57,831 nucleotides of DNA from Bacteroidales bacterium (GTDB taxonomy: Bacteria; Bacteroidota; Bacteroidia; Bacteroidales; WCHB1-69), in NCBI GenBank assembly GCA_038240835.1, contig JBBRGJ010000002.1, positions 1-57,831 on the forward strand. Direction: 5' to 3'. Below the pieces are notes generated by a model. That model was not told the DNA's origin. It did not search any database and saw only the letters and a program-made list of their open reading frames with translations. Below, piece by piece: positions 35,578 to 45,599 of the stretch (its first letter is position 1; each line of letters begins with the position of its first letter). A program made the translations under genes and the position numbers.

Positions 35578-35613
35578 AAAAAAAAAAGAAATCGGCCTTA
35601 GCCGATCTCTTTT
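35578..35613. terminator. Bidirectional terminator downstream of the 35645-35998 gene
   Basis: The hairpin GAAATCGGC-ctta-GCCGATCTC is flanked by A10 and T5. Confidence 0.6.
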
Positions 35614-35644
35614 TAAAGTGGGTTGAGGAAAAAGGGATGATTGA

Positions 35645-35998
35645 TTATTGATTTTTGTGGAACACAAATTTGAAATTCATAGAATCGGCATCGAAGAAAT
35701 CTGCTTTTGGAAATCTTATTTCTCCTAATTGGGTTTTTACATAATTTTCTAGTCTATAATCAGATGAATTTATTCCATTGATTATTATCTGTTCGTTTTC
35801 TACGGAGATGTTTACAAGTACGATTCCTTCGTTTATATACTTCGCCAAATCGTCGGTGAAAGAAACTTTTGAAATAATCATTTGAGAGATTTTTTCTTTG
35901 GTGATTACATTTATTTCATTTGGACTTTCTGCATTGGCAGTAAACGAAATTGAACCTAATGTAATAAGGATTGCAGCGAATATTGATTTTGTTTTCAT
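35645..35998 (-). CDS. Hypothetical secreted protein
   Basis: The 117-aa product has a clear signal peptide (…FTANA|E). A bidirectional terminator lies just downstream at 35578-35613. I do not recognise the family. Confidence 0.45.
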   Translation of the reverse strand: MKTKSIFAAILITLGSISFTANAESPNEINVITKEKISQMIISKVSFTDDLAKYINEGIVLVNISVENEQIIINGINSSDYRLENYVKTQLGEIRFPKADFFDADSMNFKFVFHKNQ

Positions 35999-36128
35999 AA
36001 TTATTATAATTTGATTTTGTTTTATTTAATGAGGCAAAGTTACAGCGACTATAGCGTAGAAAAAAGTTTATTTGGCAAACAAGATTTATCGCCTAATGAA
36101 TGAGTCTATTTGCTTGTTATTGTGTTAT

Positions 36129-36311
36129 TTAGTCGATTTTTTGTTCTTTTTTGCTCTTGTCGAGAATATGTAATGGTTTGTCGTAAAGAAGTCGTTGCTT
36201 GTCGTTAGAAAAGAGAAAAAGAGAACATGAACTTTGGAAAATTGCCTCAATGTATTCCTCCTCCTCCAACAAGTTTTTTTGAAATAAAATAGATTTCTTC
36301 TTTTTTGTCAT
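36129..36311 (-). CDS. Hypothetical small protein (weak call)
   Basis: This is a 60-aa ATG-initiated ORF in the intergenic region divergent from the LytS-type kinase. It has no recognisable motif. Confidence 0.2.
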   Translation of the reverse strand: MTKKKKSILFQKNLLEEEEYIEAIFQSSCSLFLFSNDKQRLLYDKPLHILDKSKKEQKID

Positions 36312-36447
36312 TATATGGCGTTGATCCTGTTTTTACGTCAGAGTTTCGATCTTTGCCAAAGTCTCAATATCGACTTAGTTGTATTTTGTTGTAGGATTTT
36401 GGGTTTTAATAAATATAAAATTGTAATTTAGGGGTCAAATTGTAACA

Positions 36448-37521
36448 ATGGGGACCAAATATAAATTAAGAAAGATCGCGACAAGTATTGTAATTCAGCA
36501 CGTTGTGTTTTGGGTTGCTGTGATACTTTTATTGATTTATCCAGACATCTCTTCTGGAAAACAGTATGTGTTAGCCCAAGTTACCGAGACTTTGGTGAGT
36601 ATTCTGTTGATTGCTATTTCGGTATATGGCAATTTAGTTTTCTTATTGCCCAAGTTTTTGAGAAAAAGGAGATATTTTATCTATATTTTTGTCCTGTTTT
36701 TGGGATTGTTTATCATTAGCGCCCTCGATTTATACATCTCCGAAAACATTTTCAACAAAGATAATTCAGCATTTTTTGACAATTCCAAGACCCCACTAAT
36801 AATGCAACGGTTTATCCTTGTATTGACTACTTTTTTGATGATTTTGTTTTTTGTTATCATCACTACTTTTATAAAATTGCTCAGAGATTGGCTCAAAATG
36901 CAAGACGATGCGCTTACCATGAAAGAGATGGAACGTCAGCATTTGGAAGCAGAATTAAACTCCCTCAAAGCGCAAATTAATCCTCATTTTTTATTCAATA
37001 CGTTGAATAATTTATACTCATTGTCGCTGGATAGTTCACCCAAGACTCCAGATATGATTTTGAAGTTGAGCGACTTGATGCGTTATATTATTTACGACTG
37101 CAGAGAAAATAAGGTGAGCGCTCGAAAAGAAATTGAGTTTGTAGAGAACTATATAAGTCTCGAAAAATTGAGATTGGGTGATAGTATTCATGTAGATTTG
37201 GCTATTATTGGAGAACCCGATGTGGAAATTGCCCCTTTGCTGTTTGTAAACTTTCTGGAGAATGCATTTAAGTATGGTCGCAGGGGCGATGATTCTGTGA
37301 TCCGTGTTGAATTTGATTTTCTGGAAAACGATCATCTAACGTTTATGGTCGAAAATAGTGTTTACACCCAAGTAACCACCGAAGATAGCTACTATTCGGG
37401 CATTGGAATTGGAAATGTGAAGAAGAGATTGGCATTGCTGTATCCCAAAAAGCATACATTAGAAATAACATCAGATAATGAAAAGTATAAAGTTCACTTA
37501 AATATACAATATTATGAGTAA
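36448..37521 (+). CDS. LytS/YehU-type sensor histidine kinase (His_kinase PF06580 type)
   Basis: Four or five N-terminal TM helices are followed by a coiled coil, then NPHFLFNTLNNLYSL with the phospho-accepting His, and an HATPase_c tail. Confidence 0.85.
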   Translation: MGTKYKLRKIATSIVIQHVVFWVAVILLLIYPDISSGKQYVLAQVTETLVSILLIAISVYGNLVFLLPKFLRKRRYFIYIFVLFLGLFIISALDLYISENIFNKDNSAFFDNSKTPLIMQRFILVLTTFLMILFFVIITTFIKLLRDWLKMQDDALTMKEMERQHLEAELNSLKAQINPHFLFNTLNNLYSLSLDSSPKTPDMILKLSDLMRYIIYDCRENKVSARKEIEFVENYISLEKLRLGDSIHVDLAIIGEPDVEIAPLLFVNFLENAFKYGRRGDDSVIRVEFDFLENDHLTFMVENSVYTQVTTEDSYYSGIGIGNVKKRLALLYPKKHTLEITSDNEKYKVHLNIQYYE

Positions 37522-38275
37522 TACTATAAATTGCATCATCGTGGATGATGAGCCATTAGCACAACGTGTTATTGAGAAGTTTTTAGAGGATTTGCCAAAC
37601 TTTAAAGTGTTGGCCAAATGTAATAATGCTTTTGAAGCCATGGATGCAATCAATGAAAATGCGGTGGACTTGATGTTTTTGGATATTAATATGCCAAAGC
37701 TAACTGGACTCTCCTTTTTGAAATCTATAAAAAATCCTCCTTTGGTCATTATTACCACCGCATACTCCGAATATGCTATTGAGGGATATGAGTTGGATGT
37801 AGTCGATTATTTAAAAAAACCATTTTCGTTTGAACGATTTTTCAAAGCAGTTCAAAAAGTGCAAGAGCGATTAAAGAAACACGAAACGCCAATTTCGGAA
37901 GTGTCTGCCGAAGAAGAGGTATCTCCGGTAGAAGTTTTTGCAGATTTGAGTACGTCTAAGTTTATCTTTGTGAAAGCCAATAAGAAGAATTACAAAGTGG
38001 ACATCGATGATATTTTCTTTATAGAGGCACTGGGTGATTATATCAAAATTCACACGTCCAACCAGGTATTGGTTACGTATCAATCGATGAAGAAAATAGA
38101 GTTGATATTGCCTTCTAGTATTTTTGTAAGAATTCACAAATCGTACATTGTATCGGTGAATAAGATTAAGAGTGTGGAAGGAAACATGGTTGAGGTGAAA
38201 AATGAAAAACTATCGATAGGCAATAGTTACAAACAGCAGTTTCAGGAGTTTGTAGACCAACATTCTATATCGTAA
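37514..38275 (+). CDS. LytTR-family response regulator
   Basis: The receiver domain (IIVDDEPLA...DLMFLDINMP) is joined to a C-terminal LytTR DNA-binding domain (IFFIEALGDYIKIHT...). The gene overlaps the kinase gene by 8 nt. Confidence 0.9.
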   Translation: MSNTINCIIVDDEPLAQRVIEKFLEDLPNFKVLAKCNNAFEAMDAINENAVDLMFLDINMPKLTGLSFLKSIKNPPLVIITTAYSEYAIEGYELDVVDYLKKPFSFERFFKAVQKVQERLKKHETPISEVSAEEEVSPVEVFADLSTSKFIFVKANKKNYKVDIDDIFFIEALGDYIKIHTSNQVLVTYQSMKKIELILPSSIFVRIHKSYIVSVNKIKSVEGNMVEVKNEKLSIGNSYKQQFQEFVDQHSIS

Positions 38276-38311
38276 AAAAAAAAGGCATTGATTATTTTCA
38301 ATGCCTTTTTT
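38274..38311. terminator. Bidirectional terminator between the convergent LytTR regulator and birA
   Basis: The hairpin AAGGCATTGA-ttattt-TCAATGCCTT is flanked by A10 and T6. Confidence 0.8.
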
Positions 38312-38314
38312 ACG

Positions 38315-39082
38315 TTAGATAATATAACTAACCTCTTTAAAACCACACTCATAATCAATGTTTGCTTCATCTTTTAAACAAAGCATTCCAAATTTGTTTA
38401 CATCGATGATGGAAGCCGTTAATGTTTCGTTGTTTATCTGAAATTTACTCCAGGTTTTGAATCTAAAAAGTGAAGATAGGTAATCTTTTTTTAATAAATT
38501 TTGATGCTCGTTGTAATATTTTTTCTTTTCAGATATATGGAAAAGTAGTTCTCTAACGCACTCGTCGAGGTTAAAGTTGTGATTGCAAACTTGTGCTGCA
38601 GAAATAGGGTTAGGAATGTTTTTAGGAAATTCCGTTTGATTGATGTTTAATCCTATCCCAATGATTGTGTACAATATTGATTCTCCAATAATTGAGTGTT
38701 CAATGAGCACACCGCCAATTTTTTTATCTTGATAATAAATATCGTTAGGCCATTTAATGGAAAAACCCTCTTCGGAAATATTGGTTTTGCAATAATCCAG
38801 AATGCCAAGACATATTTTCATGTTTACATTAAACTGGGTTTCTCCCTTTTCTTTCGGATAAACAACCGTACTTAAAAGCATATTTTTCCCAGGTTCCGAA
38901 TGCCAAGAATTGTTCTTTTGCCCTTTGCCTTCGGTTTGGAAGTTCGAACTGACTGTGTAAAATTCAGGAACATCAATTGTGATTAAATCGTCTGTGATAT
39001 TTTTTTTATTATTTACCAGATCGTGCAAATAAGCATTGGTTGATGTTGTGGTCTCTAAGTTTGTAATTAGTAGCATAGGCAT
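38315..39082 (-). CDS. birA: Biotin--[acetyl-CoA-carboxylase] ligase, group I (no N-terminal HTH)
   Basis: It has TTSTNAY, the GKGQKNNSWHS motif (a GRGRxGRxW variant), and KWPNDIY..KKIGGVLIE. I chose the ATG at 39082 because the 39133 start is a TTG. Confidence 0.8.
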   Translation of the reverse strand: MPMLLITNLETTTSTNAYLHDLVNNKKNITDDLITIDVPEFYTVSSNFQTEGKGQKNNSWHSEPGKNMLLSTVVYPKEKGETQFNVNMKICLGILDYCKTNISEEGFSIKWPNDIYYQDKKIGGVLIEHSIIGESILYTIIGIGLNINQTEFPKNIPNPISAAQVCNHNFNLDECVRELLFHISEKKKYYNEHQNLLKKDYLSSLFRFKTWSKFQINNETLTASIIDVNKFGMLCLKDEANIDYECGFKEVSYII

Positions 39083-39418
39083 GTATTTGGTGTATTCACT
39101 TTTGTTAGAAGAACGAATTGTTAAAAACTCCAATTATTTCCAAAATTGGAATATAAATATAAGGTAGAATTGTCTTTTTGGTGTGTTTTTATTCATTCAT
39201 TAACATAAAAGATTTTTTTTTTTTGAATTTTTGTGATTCTAGCATTTCTTAGGGTAAGAATTGTAGTCTTTTTCTCATTTTTTTTTACATTTTTAAATTT
39301 GAATTTTTAGTTAGAATTTTATGTTAGAACGTTTTTAGAACGCCAAAATAATGCCAAAATTTCAGAATTATCCTACAACTATTATGAATTTGTCTTAATA
39401 AGTTGTTCAGAAAAGAGT

Positions 39419-39426
39419 TATCTTTG
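39419..39426 (+). promoter_or_regulatory. Bacteroidota -7 box upstream of rsfS-ftsH
   Basis: TATCTTTG lies 15 nt upstream of the ATG at 39441, giving a short leader typical of Bacteroidota. Confidence 0.45.
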
Positions 39427-39440
39427 CAAAAAACAAAAGA

Positions 39441-39839
39441 ATGGCAAAGAAAAGCGAGATAAAAGCAAAAACAATTAAAGAAGATACAGTTATAAAGAGT
39501 TTATCAGAGATAATCATTGAAACAATACAAGACAAAAAAGGACTAGATATCGTCGTAATGGATTTACATGCATTGCAAAATTCATTATTCGATCAATTTA
39601 TTATCTGTTCGGCTACTTCAAAACCACAGTCGGATACCATCGTGGATAGCATTGAGTTTGAAGTGAAGAAAAAGTTGGGCATCCTTCCAAAGAATGTCGA
39701 AGGTACTGATAATGCCACTTGGTGTGTGATGGATTATTTTAATATTTTAGTTCATGTTTTTAATCCTGAAAGCAGAACATTCTACCAATTAGAAAAGCTT
39801 TGGGCGGATGCAGAACTAAAAGTAATTGAAAATGTATAA
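39441..39839 (+). CDS. rsfS: Ribosome silencing factor
   Basis: The 132-aa product has the iojap/RsfS pattern DIVVMDL...FIICSATS..Q...I...........EG.....W..MDY..ILVHVF. Confidence 0.85.
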   Translation: MAKKSEIKAKTIKEDTVIKSLSEIIIETIQDKKGLDIVVMDLHALQNSLFDQFIICSATSKPQSDTIVDSIEFEVKKKLGILPKNVEGTDNATWCVMDYFNILVHVFNPESRTFYQLEKLWADAELKVIENV

Positions 39840-39857
39840 TAGTTAATATTAAAAGAT

Positions 39858-41966
39858 ATGGCTGACAATAATTTAAAGATAAAGAAACCAAAATTTAATC
39901 TTTATTGGATTTATGGTGCTATCGCTCTGGCGCTTATCTTTTTTTCTATCCAAAACAATAGTAGTTCTGGAAAGATAAAAGAGGTCAATTTTAATGAATT
40001 GGATATCATGGTGCAAAAAGGTCATGTAGCCAAAATTGTAATTATTAAAAGCAAAGAGCAGGCGGATATTTTTTTGGCTAAAGACTCCTTGTCTAAGGAT
40101 ACTTTGTATAAAGATTTAGCGAAAGCGAAGAATGCAGAAAAGAATACAGGACCTCATTTTTATTGCCTGATTGGCTCTTTGGAGAGTTTTAATACAAATT
40201 TAAAAGAGTCTCAAGCAAAGAGAATTACTGCTGATACTATTGGTAAAACAGATGAAGAGAAACTGCTGATTATTCAAAAAAGTCAGCCAATTTCTATTAC
40301 GTATGACAATTCTGCCGATTGGGGAAGTGAAATTTTCACTTGGGTGCTTACTTTTGGATTTATTATTTTGATTTGGATTATTTTCATGAGAATGATGAAC
40401 AAAGGAGGCGGTGGATCTCAGATTTTCAATTTTGGGAAAGCCAAAGCACAACTTTTTGACAAAAATGTTCCGGTGTCTACAACTTTTATGGATGTAGCTG
40501 GATTGGAAGGTGCCAAAGAAGAGATTGTGGAGATCGTTGACTTTTTGAAAAATCCTAATCGTTATACTCACTTGGGTGGAAAAATTCCAAAGGGAGTCTT
40601 GCTTGTAGGTCCTCCTGGAACAGGAAAAACCTTGTTGGCAAAAGCCGTTGCAGGCGAAGCAAAAGTTCCTTTCTTCTCGCTATCAGGATCTGATTTTGTC
40701 GAGATGTTTGTGGGCGTAGGTGCTTCGCGTGTTCGTGACTTGTTTAAAAATGCAAAAGAGAAAGCTCCTTGTATCATATTTATCGATGAGATTGATGCGA
40801 TAGGAAGAGCTCGTGGACGAAATCAATCTACCGGTGGCAATGATGAACGTGAAAACACGCTGAATGCGTTGCTGACCGAAATGGATGGTTTTTCGACCAA
40901 TAATGGAGTTATTATTTTGGCCGCTACCAACAGAGCTGATATTCTAGATGGTGCTCTTATGAGAGCGGGTCGTTTTGATAGACAAATTCATGTGGAGTTG
41001 CCTAATGTGACTGAGCGGACGGCTATTTTTAAAGTTCATGTGAGACATTTAAAATTGTCTGATGATTTTAGTAGTGAGTTCTTTGCACGTCAAACTCCCG
41101 GTTTTTCAGGAGCAGATATTGCCAATGTGTGTAATGAAGCTGCATTAATTGCTGCTAGAAAATCCAAAGAAAAAATTGAAAAAGACGATTTCTTATCTGC
41201 CATCGATCGTATTGTGGGTGGGTTGGAACGTAAGTCTAAAATCATCACTCCAGGCGAGAAAAAAGTAATTGCCTACCACGAATCGGGTCACGCTTCGGTT
41301 AGTTGGATGCTCAGATATGCTCATCCGTTGGTAAAAGTAACCATTGTCCCTCGTGGGAAAACGTTGGGTGCTGCTTGGTACTTACCTGATGAGAGACAAA
41401 TTACCACTTTTAATCAAATGTTCGACGAGCTTACAGCCCTATTGGCCGGTAGAGCTTCCGAAGATGTGTTTTTTGGTGAAGTATCTACGGGTGCGTTAAA
41501 TGATTTAGAAAGAGCTTCCAAAATGGCTTATTCCATCGTGGTTTACTACGGATTAAATGATAAATTAGGGAACGTAAGTTACTATGATTCTTCGGGTCAG
41601 AGCGAGTACACATTCTCAAAACCTTATAGCGAGGAAACTGCAAGATTAATAGATCAAGAGATTCATATTCTCATAGAAAAAGCCTATGCGAATGCAAAAG
41701 AGGTGATTGAGACTAATAAAGACAAAATTGAAGAGTTGGCGAATATGTTGCTTGCCAACGAGGTTCTTTTTAGAGAGGATGTAGAGAATATTTTGGGCAA
41801 ACGAATGTACGACGACGAGCATTTAATCAACATGGATATGCCAGCAGCAATCGATCGCGATGTTGCGGAGTCTGAGTTGCTTGCCGAAAAAGAAATTGAA
41901 AAAGAGAAAGAGAATGAAAAAGAGAACGAATCTCCCACTCAAGTTGACGTAGAAGAAAAAGAGTAA
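39858..41966 (+). CDS. ftsH: ATP-dependent zinc metalloprotease FtsH
   Basis: It has two TM segments, the AAA+ motifs Walker A GPPGTGKT and Walker B IIFIDEID, the SRH, and the Zn motif HESGHA. Confidence 0.97.
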   Translation: MADNNLKIKKPKFNLYWIYGAIALALIFFSIQNNSSSGKIKEVNFNELDIMVQKGHVAKIVIIKSKEQADIFLAKDSLSKDTLYKDLAKAKNAEKNTGPHFYCLIGSLESFNTNLKESQAKRITADTIGKTDEEKLLIIQKSQPISITYDNSADWGSEIFTWVLTFGFIILIWIIFMRMMNKGGGGSQIFNFGKAKAQLFDKNVPVSTTFMDVAGLEGAKEEIVEIVDFLKNPNRYTHLGGKIPKGVLLVGPPGTGKTLLAKAVAGEAKVPFFSLSGSDFVEMFVGVGASRVRDLFKNAKEKAPCIIFIDEIDAIGRARGRNQSTGGNDERENTLNALLTEMDGFSTNNGVIILAATNRADILDGALMRAGRFDRQIHVELPNVTERTAIFKVHVRHLKLSDDFSSEFFARQTPGFSGADIANVCNEAALIAARKSKEKIEKDDFLSAIDRIVGGLERKSKIITPGEKKVIAYHESGHASVSWMLRYAHPLVKVTIVPRGKTLGAAWYLPDERQITTFNQMFDELTALLAGRASEDVFFGEVSTGALNDLERASKMAYSIVVYYGLNDKLGNVSYYDSSGQSEYTFSKPYSEETARLIDQEIHILIEKAYANAKEVIETNKDKIEELANMLLANEVLFREDVENILGKRMYDDEHLINMDMPAAIDRDVAESELLAEKEIEKEKENEKENESPTQVDVEEKE

Positions 41967-41977
41967 AATCGAAAAAC

Positions 41978-42589
41978 ATGGATGAAACCTCTGTTAAAGA
42001 AAAAATTTTCAAAGCCGTTAGAGAGGCTTTAATTGAAAAGGACATGGATATAATCGTTGAATCCGATACTGTTGAGATAGTGGAAGGTGCTTCGGAAGCT
42101 TCAATTTCTTTTGCTGATAAGTTTGTGAGCAAAGGTGGTGGATTCTTGTTTTGCGAACGCTCTAAAGATCTTCTTGATGGCGTAGTTGCATTGTTTAAAA
42201 ACTGCGATTTGGCCGATATCTTATGCTTAAATGACGACTTATCGGAGGTGTTGGCTGCTTGCAATATTAAGCATGTAAGAACGGTGACAAAGGATCAGAA
42301 AATCGACTTTGTGGTGATGCAAGCTGATGCTTTGATTGCCAATAGTGGAGCCGTAGTGGTGAGTTTTAATAATGAATTTGAAAATATTGTATTGAGTTCG
42401 GGTGCTGTTCTTGTGCTTTTTGCTCGTACAGACCAGGTGGTGAATAGATATGCTGATGTGCCAAAAATTGTAAATTCTCGTGAGCATTCAGTTGCTTTTT
42501 CGTATGTACATTTAATTGAAAAACCAGCGACTAAAAACAAACTTGAATTTCCCAAGCAAACGAATATATTTCTAAGGTATGTTAAATAA
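41978..42589 (+). CDS. LUD-domain (LutC/YkgG-like, DUF162) protein, tentative
   Basis: The 203-aa product contains ADALIANSGAVVVS, resembling the LUD-domain core. It sits between ftsH and cdsA. I assigned the family from memory only. Confidence 0.4.
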   Translation: MDETSVKEKIFKAVREALIEKDMDIIVESDTVEIVEGASEASISFADKFVSKGGGFLFCERSKDLLDGVVALFKNCDLADILCLNDDLSEVLAACNIKHVRTVTKDQKIDFVVMQADALIANSGAVVVSFNNEFENIVLSSGAVLVLFARTDQVVNRYADVPKIVNSREHSVAFSYVHLIEKPATKNKLEFPKQTNIFLRYVK

Positions 42590-43388
42590 AAATCTACTTC
42601 TACGAACTGTTTCTGGTTCCTTATTTGTAGGGTTGGTCGTAGCTTCAATTTTTATTTCACCCCTATTTTTTGGTGTGTTATTTTTGTTGATTACTGTAGT
42701 AGGAACGTTTGAATTATTGAGAATGTCTCAAAAAATCGAAGGATTGGCCGTCAATCAATTGGTGGTTTTTAGTTTGAGTGTTGTCTCATATTCTTCTATT
42801 TTTTTGGCTGTAATTTTAGCCGACAAAAGGTGGTTTTTAGCACTTATTTTGCTGTTGCCAGTTTCCTTGTTGGTAGAACTTTATCGGAAAAAAGAGAATC
42901 CTTTGCTTAATATCGCTTATTCTATTTTGCCTGCAATCTATATCGCCATTCCTTTGGGAGTATTGAATTCCCTTTTGCCAATTGGTGAAGGTTTTTTATT
43001 GTTAGCATTTTTTGTAACCATTTGGGCAGGCGATACATTTGCATTTATAGTAGGTTCTTTAATTGGAAAACATCGATTATTTGAACGCATTTCTCCCAAA
43101 AAATCTTGGGAAGGGACGATTGGGTCGATTATCATCACGCTTGCGATAAGTTATTGGTATCCAGTGATTTTTGGAATTCTCAATGGATGGCAATGGGCTA
43201 TTTTTGTCGTTATTGCATTAGTGGCAGGTTCTTATGGCGATTTAATCGAATCGCTGTTCAAACGAAGTGTGGGCGTTAAAGATTCTGGAAGTATTATGCC
43301 AGGACATGGTGGAATATTAGATCGATTTGATGCTGTTTTTTTGGCATCTCCATTGATTTTTGTATTTTTGCAAATTATTTTAAATTAA
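42579..43388 (+). CDS. cdsA: Phosphatidate cytidylyltransferase
   Basis: The product is multi-TM and carries the CdsA signature SLFKRSVGVKDSGSIMPGHGGILDRFD. Confidence 0.9.
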   Translation: MLNKNLLLRTVSGSLFVGLVVASIFISPLFFGVLFLLITVVGTFELLRMSQKIEGLAVNQLVVFSLSVVSYSSIFLAVILADKRWFLALILLLPVSLLVELYRKKENPLLNIAYSILPAIYIAIPLGVLNSLLPIGEGFLLLAFFVTIWAGDTFAFIVGSLIGKHRLFERISPKKSWEGTIGSIIITLAISYWYPVIFGILNGWQWAIFVVIALVAGSYGDLIESLFKRSVGVKDSGSIMPGHGGILDRFDAVFLASPLIFVFLQIILN

Positions 43389-43403
43389 CTAATCATAATT
43401 ATT

Positions 43404-44066
43404 ATGAAGATTCACAAAGAAGGATACAGAGTAATTGCCGTTATTTTTTTAGTATTAGCTCTTATTTTAATTGCAATAAATGTTCTTTTTTGCGCGCAAA
43501 CTCTTATTCATTATGCATTATATGTAGTTGCAGCGATATTTTATTTTCTTGTTGTCCGCTTTTTTAGAGTCCCAAACAGAACAATTGATTCTGACGAAAA
43601 CGCAATATTTTCTCCCGCAGATGGCGAAATAGTAGTTATCGAAGAGGTGATGGAACCCGAATATTTAAAAGATAATCGTAGACAGATTTCGATATTTATG
43701 TCGCCACTGAATGTGCATGTGAATTATTTCCCAATTTCGGGATTGCTGAAATACAAGAAATATCACCCAGGCAAATTTCTAGTAGCATGGCATCCTAAGT
43801 CTTCTACATTAAACGAAAGAAGTACGATGGTGGTGGAGCACTCTTCCAATGGAAAATCAATTTTATTCAGACAAATCGCTGGTTTTGTTGCCCGTAGAAT
43901 TGTTCCCAGTGTGGAGTTGAATCATCAAGCCATTCAAGGTGACGAGTTTGGAATGATAAAATTTGGTTCCAGAGTAGATGTTTTTGTCCCTTTAGATGCT
44001 AAAATCAATGTGGAAATTGGCCAAAAAGTTACGGCTAAAAAAACTATTATTGCATACTTCGAGTAA
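43404..44066 (+). CDS. psd: Phosphatidylserine decarboxylase (short membrane-anchored type)
   Basis: N-terminal TM helices are followed by SPADG and a KFGSRVD motif (G-S self-cleavage site). It lies downstream of cdsA. Confidence 0.8.
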   Translation: MKIHKEGYRVIAVIFLVLALILIAINVLFCAQTLIHYALYVVAAIFYFLVVRFFRVPNRTIDSDENAIFSPADGEIVVIEEVMEPEYLKDNRRQISIFMSPLNVHVNYFPISGLLKYKKYHPGKFLVAWHPKSSTLNERSTMVVEHSSNGKSILFRQIAGFVARRIVPSVELNHQAIQGDEFGMIKFGSRVDVFVPLDAKINVEIGQKVTAKKTIIAYFE

Positions 44067-44225
44067 CGTATCCTCATTTTTCTCTAAATGTTTAGATTTT
44101 TAATTGAAATTTTAATTTCATCTAACCGTTTGTTCATCAAGTGATAAAGAGTTTTTGTTTTGACTTAATTCAACACAATAACGCTGTGTTTTTGTTAAAT
44201 TTGAATTAATATTAAAAATATATAC

Positions 44226-44233
44226 TATTTTTG
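44226..44233 (+). promoter_or_regulatory. Bacteroidota -7 box upstream of the OmpA-family gene
   Basis: TATTTTTG lies 18 nt upstream of the ATG at 44251. Confidence 0.45.
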
Positions 44234-44250
44234 CAAAAAAAATCAAAGCA

Positions 44251-45528
44251 ATGAAAAAAAGACTCTTTTTATTTATCGGGTTGATGTGTATTTTTTATTT
44301 TAGCTATTCGCAAATAGATGTTAAATCAAAAATCAAGGAGAAAACCAATCAACGGATTGAGACAAAAACCGATGAGGGCATCGACAATGGCCTGAATAAA
44401 GTCGAAGAGGGGATTGGAAATCTTTTCAAAAAGAAAGAAAAGAAAGAGAAAACCGAAAATGCAGAAACGTCAGAGCCATTAGAAGAGGTTGCGGCTCCTG
44501 TAAAAACGGATGATACTCCGAAGATTAAGAGTTATACGAAATACGATTTTGTAGCCGGAGATAAAATATTGTTTTACGATGATTTTTCACAAGATGCAGT
44601 AGGCGATTTTCCAGCACTATGGACCACGGATGGTTCTGGCGAAATTAGAACCGTAGATCAGTTTCCAGGGAACTTCCTTTATATGAACACAAAGGACAAG
44701 GTGTATAATTTGATGAAAAATTTGGATTTACCAAAAAACTTTATTTTTGAATTTGATGTAATCTTAACACCTGGGGAAGAGGAGTCTACCAGAGGTGATT
44801 TTTATTTTACATTTTATAATTCCGAAAAATCTGAGTTTTTAGATAATGATTTGTATCCTGACACCAAAGGAGTTCATTTTACCATATCAGAATCCGGCTG
44901 GGACGTAAAATCATATAAAGAGGGGGCTTCCGAGACATTAGAAGGATCTTCCACCATTTCACCTGTGGTAATAAATCAAATGTGTCATGTTATTTTATGG
45001 GTTCAAGGTCGAAGAGCGAGAATGTATCACGATGGCAAAAAAGTGTTTGATATGCCTACAATTATATACGAAGGCACCAATCCAAACCGACTTCGGTTTT
45101 CGTTGTGGAGTTGTTCGGGTTTGCCTTTCATCTCTAACTTAAAGATTACAACCGCTGCTCCCGACACAAGAAGCAAATTAATTACCGAGGGGAAATTGGT
45201 CACATACGGAATCACATTTGATTCGGGTAAAGATCAAATAAAATCAGAATCTTACGGCACCTTGGCGGACATCGCCAAAGTTTTGAACGAAAATCCAACA
45301 GTGCGAGTTAAAATAATTGGACATACCGACAGCGATGGAAACGCGCCTTCAAATCTCGATTTATCCAAAAAACGGGCAATCTCAGTTAAGAATTATTTGG
45401 TTGCAAATTTCAAAATAGATTCTTCAAGATTGGAAACGGACGGCAAAGGTCAAACTCAAACAGTTGCACCCAATACAACCTCCGAAGGAAAAGCGAAGAA
45501 TCGTAGAGTAGAGTTTTTGAAATTGTAG
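44251..45528 (+). CDS. OmpA-family (peptidoglycan-binding) secreted protein
   Basis: The signal peptide ends YS|Q. The C-terminal OmpA_C domain reads IIGHTDSDGNAPSNLDLSKKRA.SVKNYL...GKAKNRRVEF. Confidence 0.8.
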   Translation: MKKRLFLFIGLMCIFYFSYSQIDVKSKIKEKTNQRIETKTDEGIDNGLNKVEEGIGNLFKKKEKKEKTENAETSEPLEEVAAPVKTDDTPKIKSYTKYDFVAGDKILFYDDFSQDAVGDFPALWTTDGSGEIRTVDQFPGNFLYMNTKDKVYNLMKNLDLPKNFIFEFDVILTPGEEESTRGDFYFTFYNSEKSEFLDNDLYPDTKGVHFTISESGWDVKSYKEGASETLEGSSTISPVVINQMCHVILWVQGRRARMYHDGKKVFDMPTIIYEGTNPNRLRFSLWSCSGLPFISNLKITTAAPDTRSKLITEGKLVTYGITFDSGKDQIKSESYGTLADIAKVLNENPTVRVKIIGHTDSDGNAPSNLDLSKKRAISVKNYLVANFKIDSSRLETDGKGQTQTVAPNTTSEGKAKNRRVEFLKL

Positions 45529-45599
45529 ATTGAGGCCGTTGCAAAAAGCCAAACTCTGCGTTATTTGTAAATTTCAAACACTATGCTCATACTCCCAAC

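Noticed and set aside
39134-39440. The birA-rsfS intergenic region, with TTCCAA-AA-TTGGAA and direct TTAGAACG repeats, considered as a possible BirA operator.
   Set aside because: This BirA lacks the N-terminal HTH domain (group I ligase), so it should not bind DNA. The repeats are short and plausible by chance in AT-rich DNA.
41684-42648. Minus-strand ORFs of 84, 145, 82 and 117 aa across the ftsH 3' end and the LUD-like gene.
   Set aside because: These are antisense shadows. The S/F-rich 84-aa ORF is simply the complement of the EKE-rich FtsH tail.
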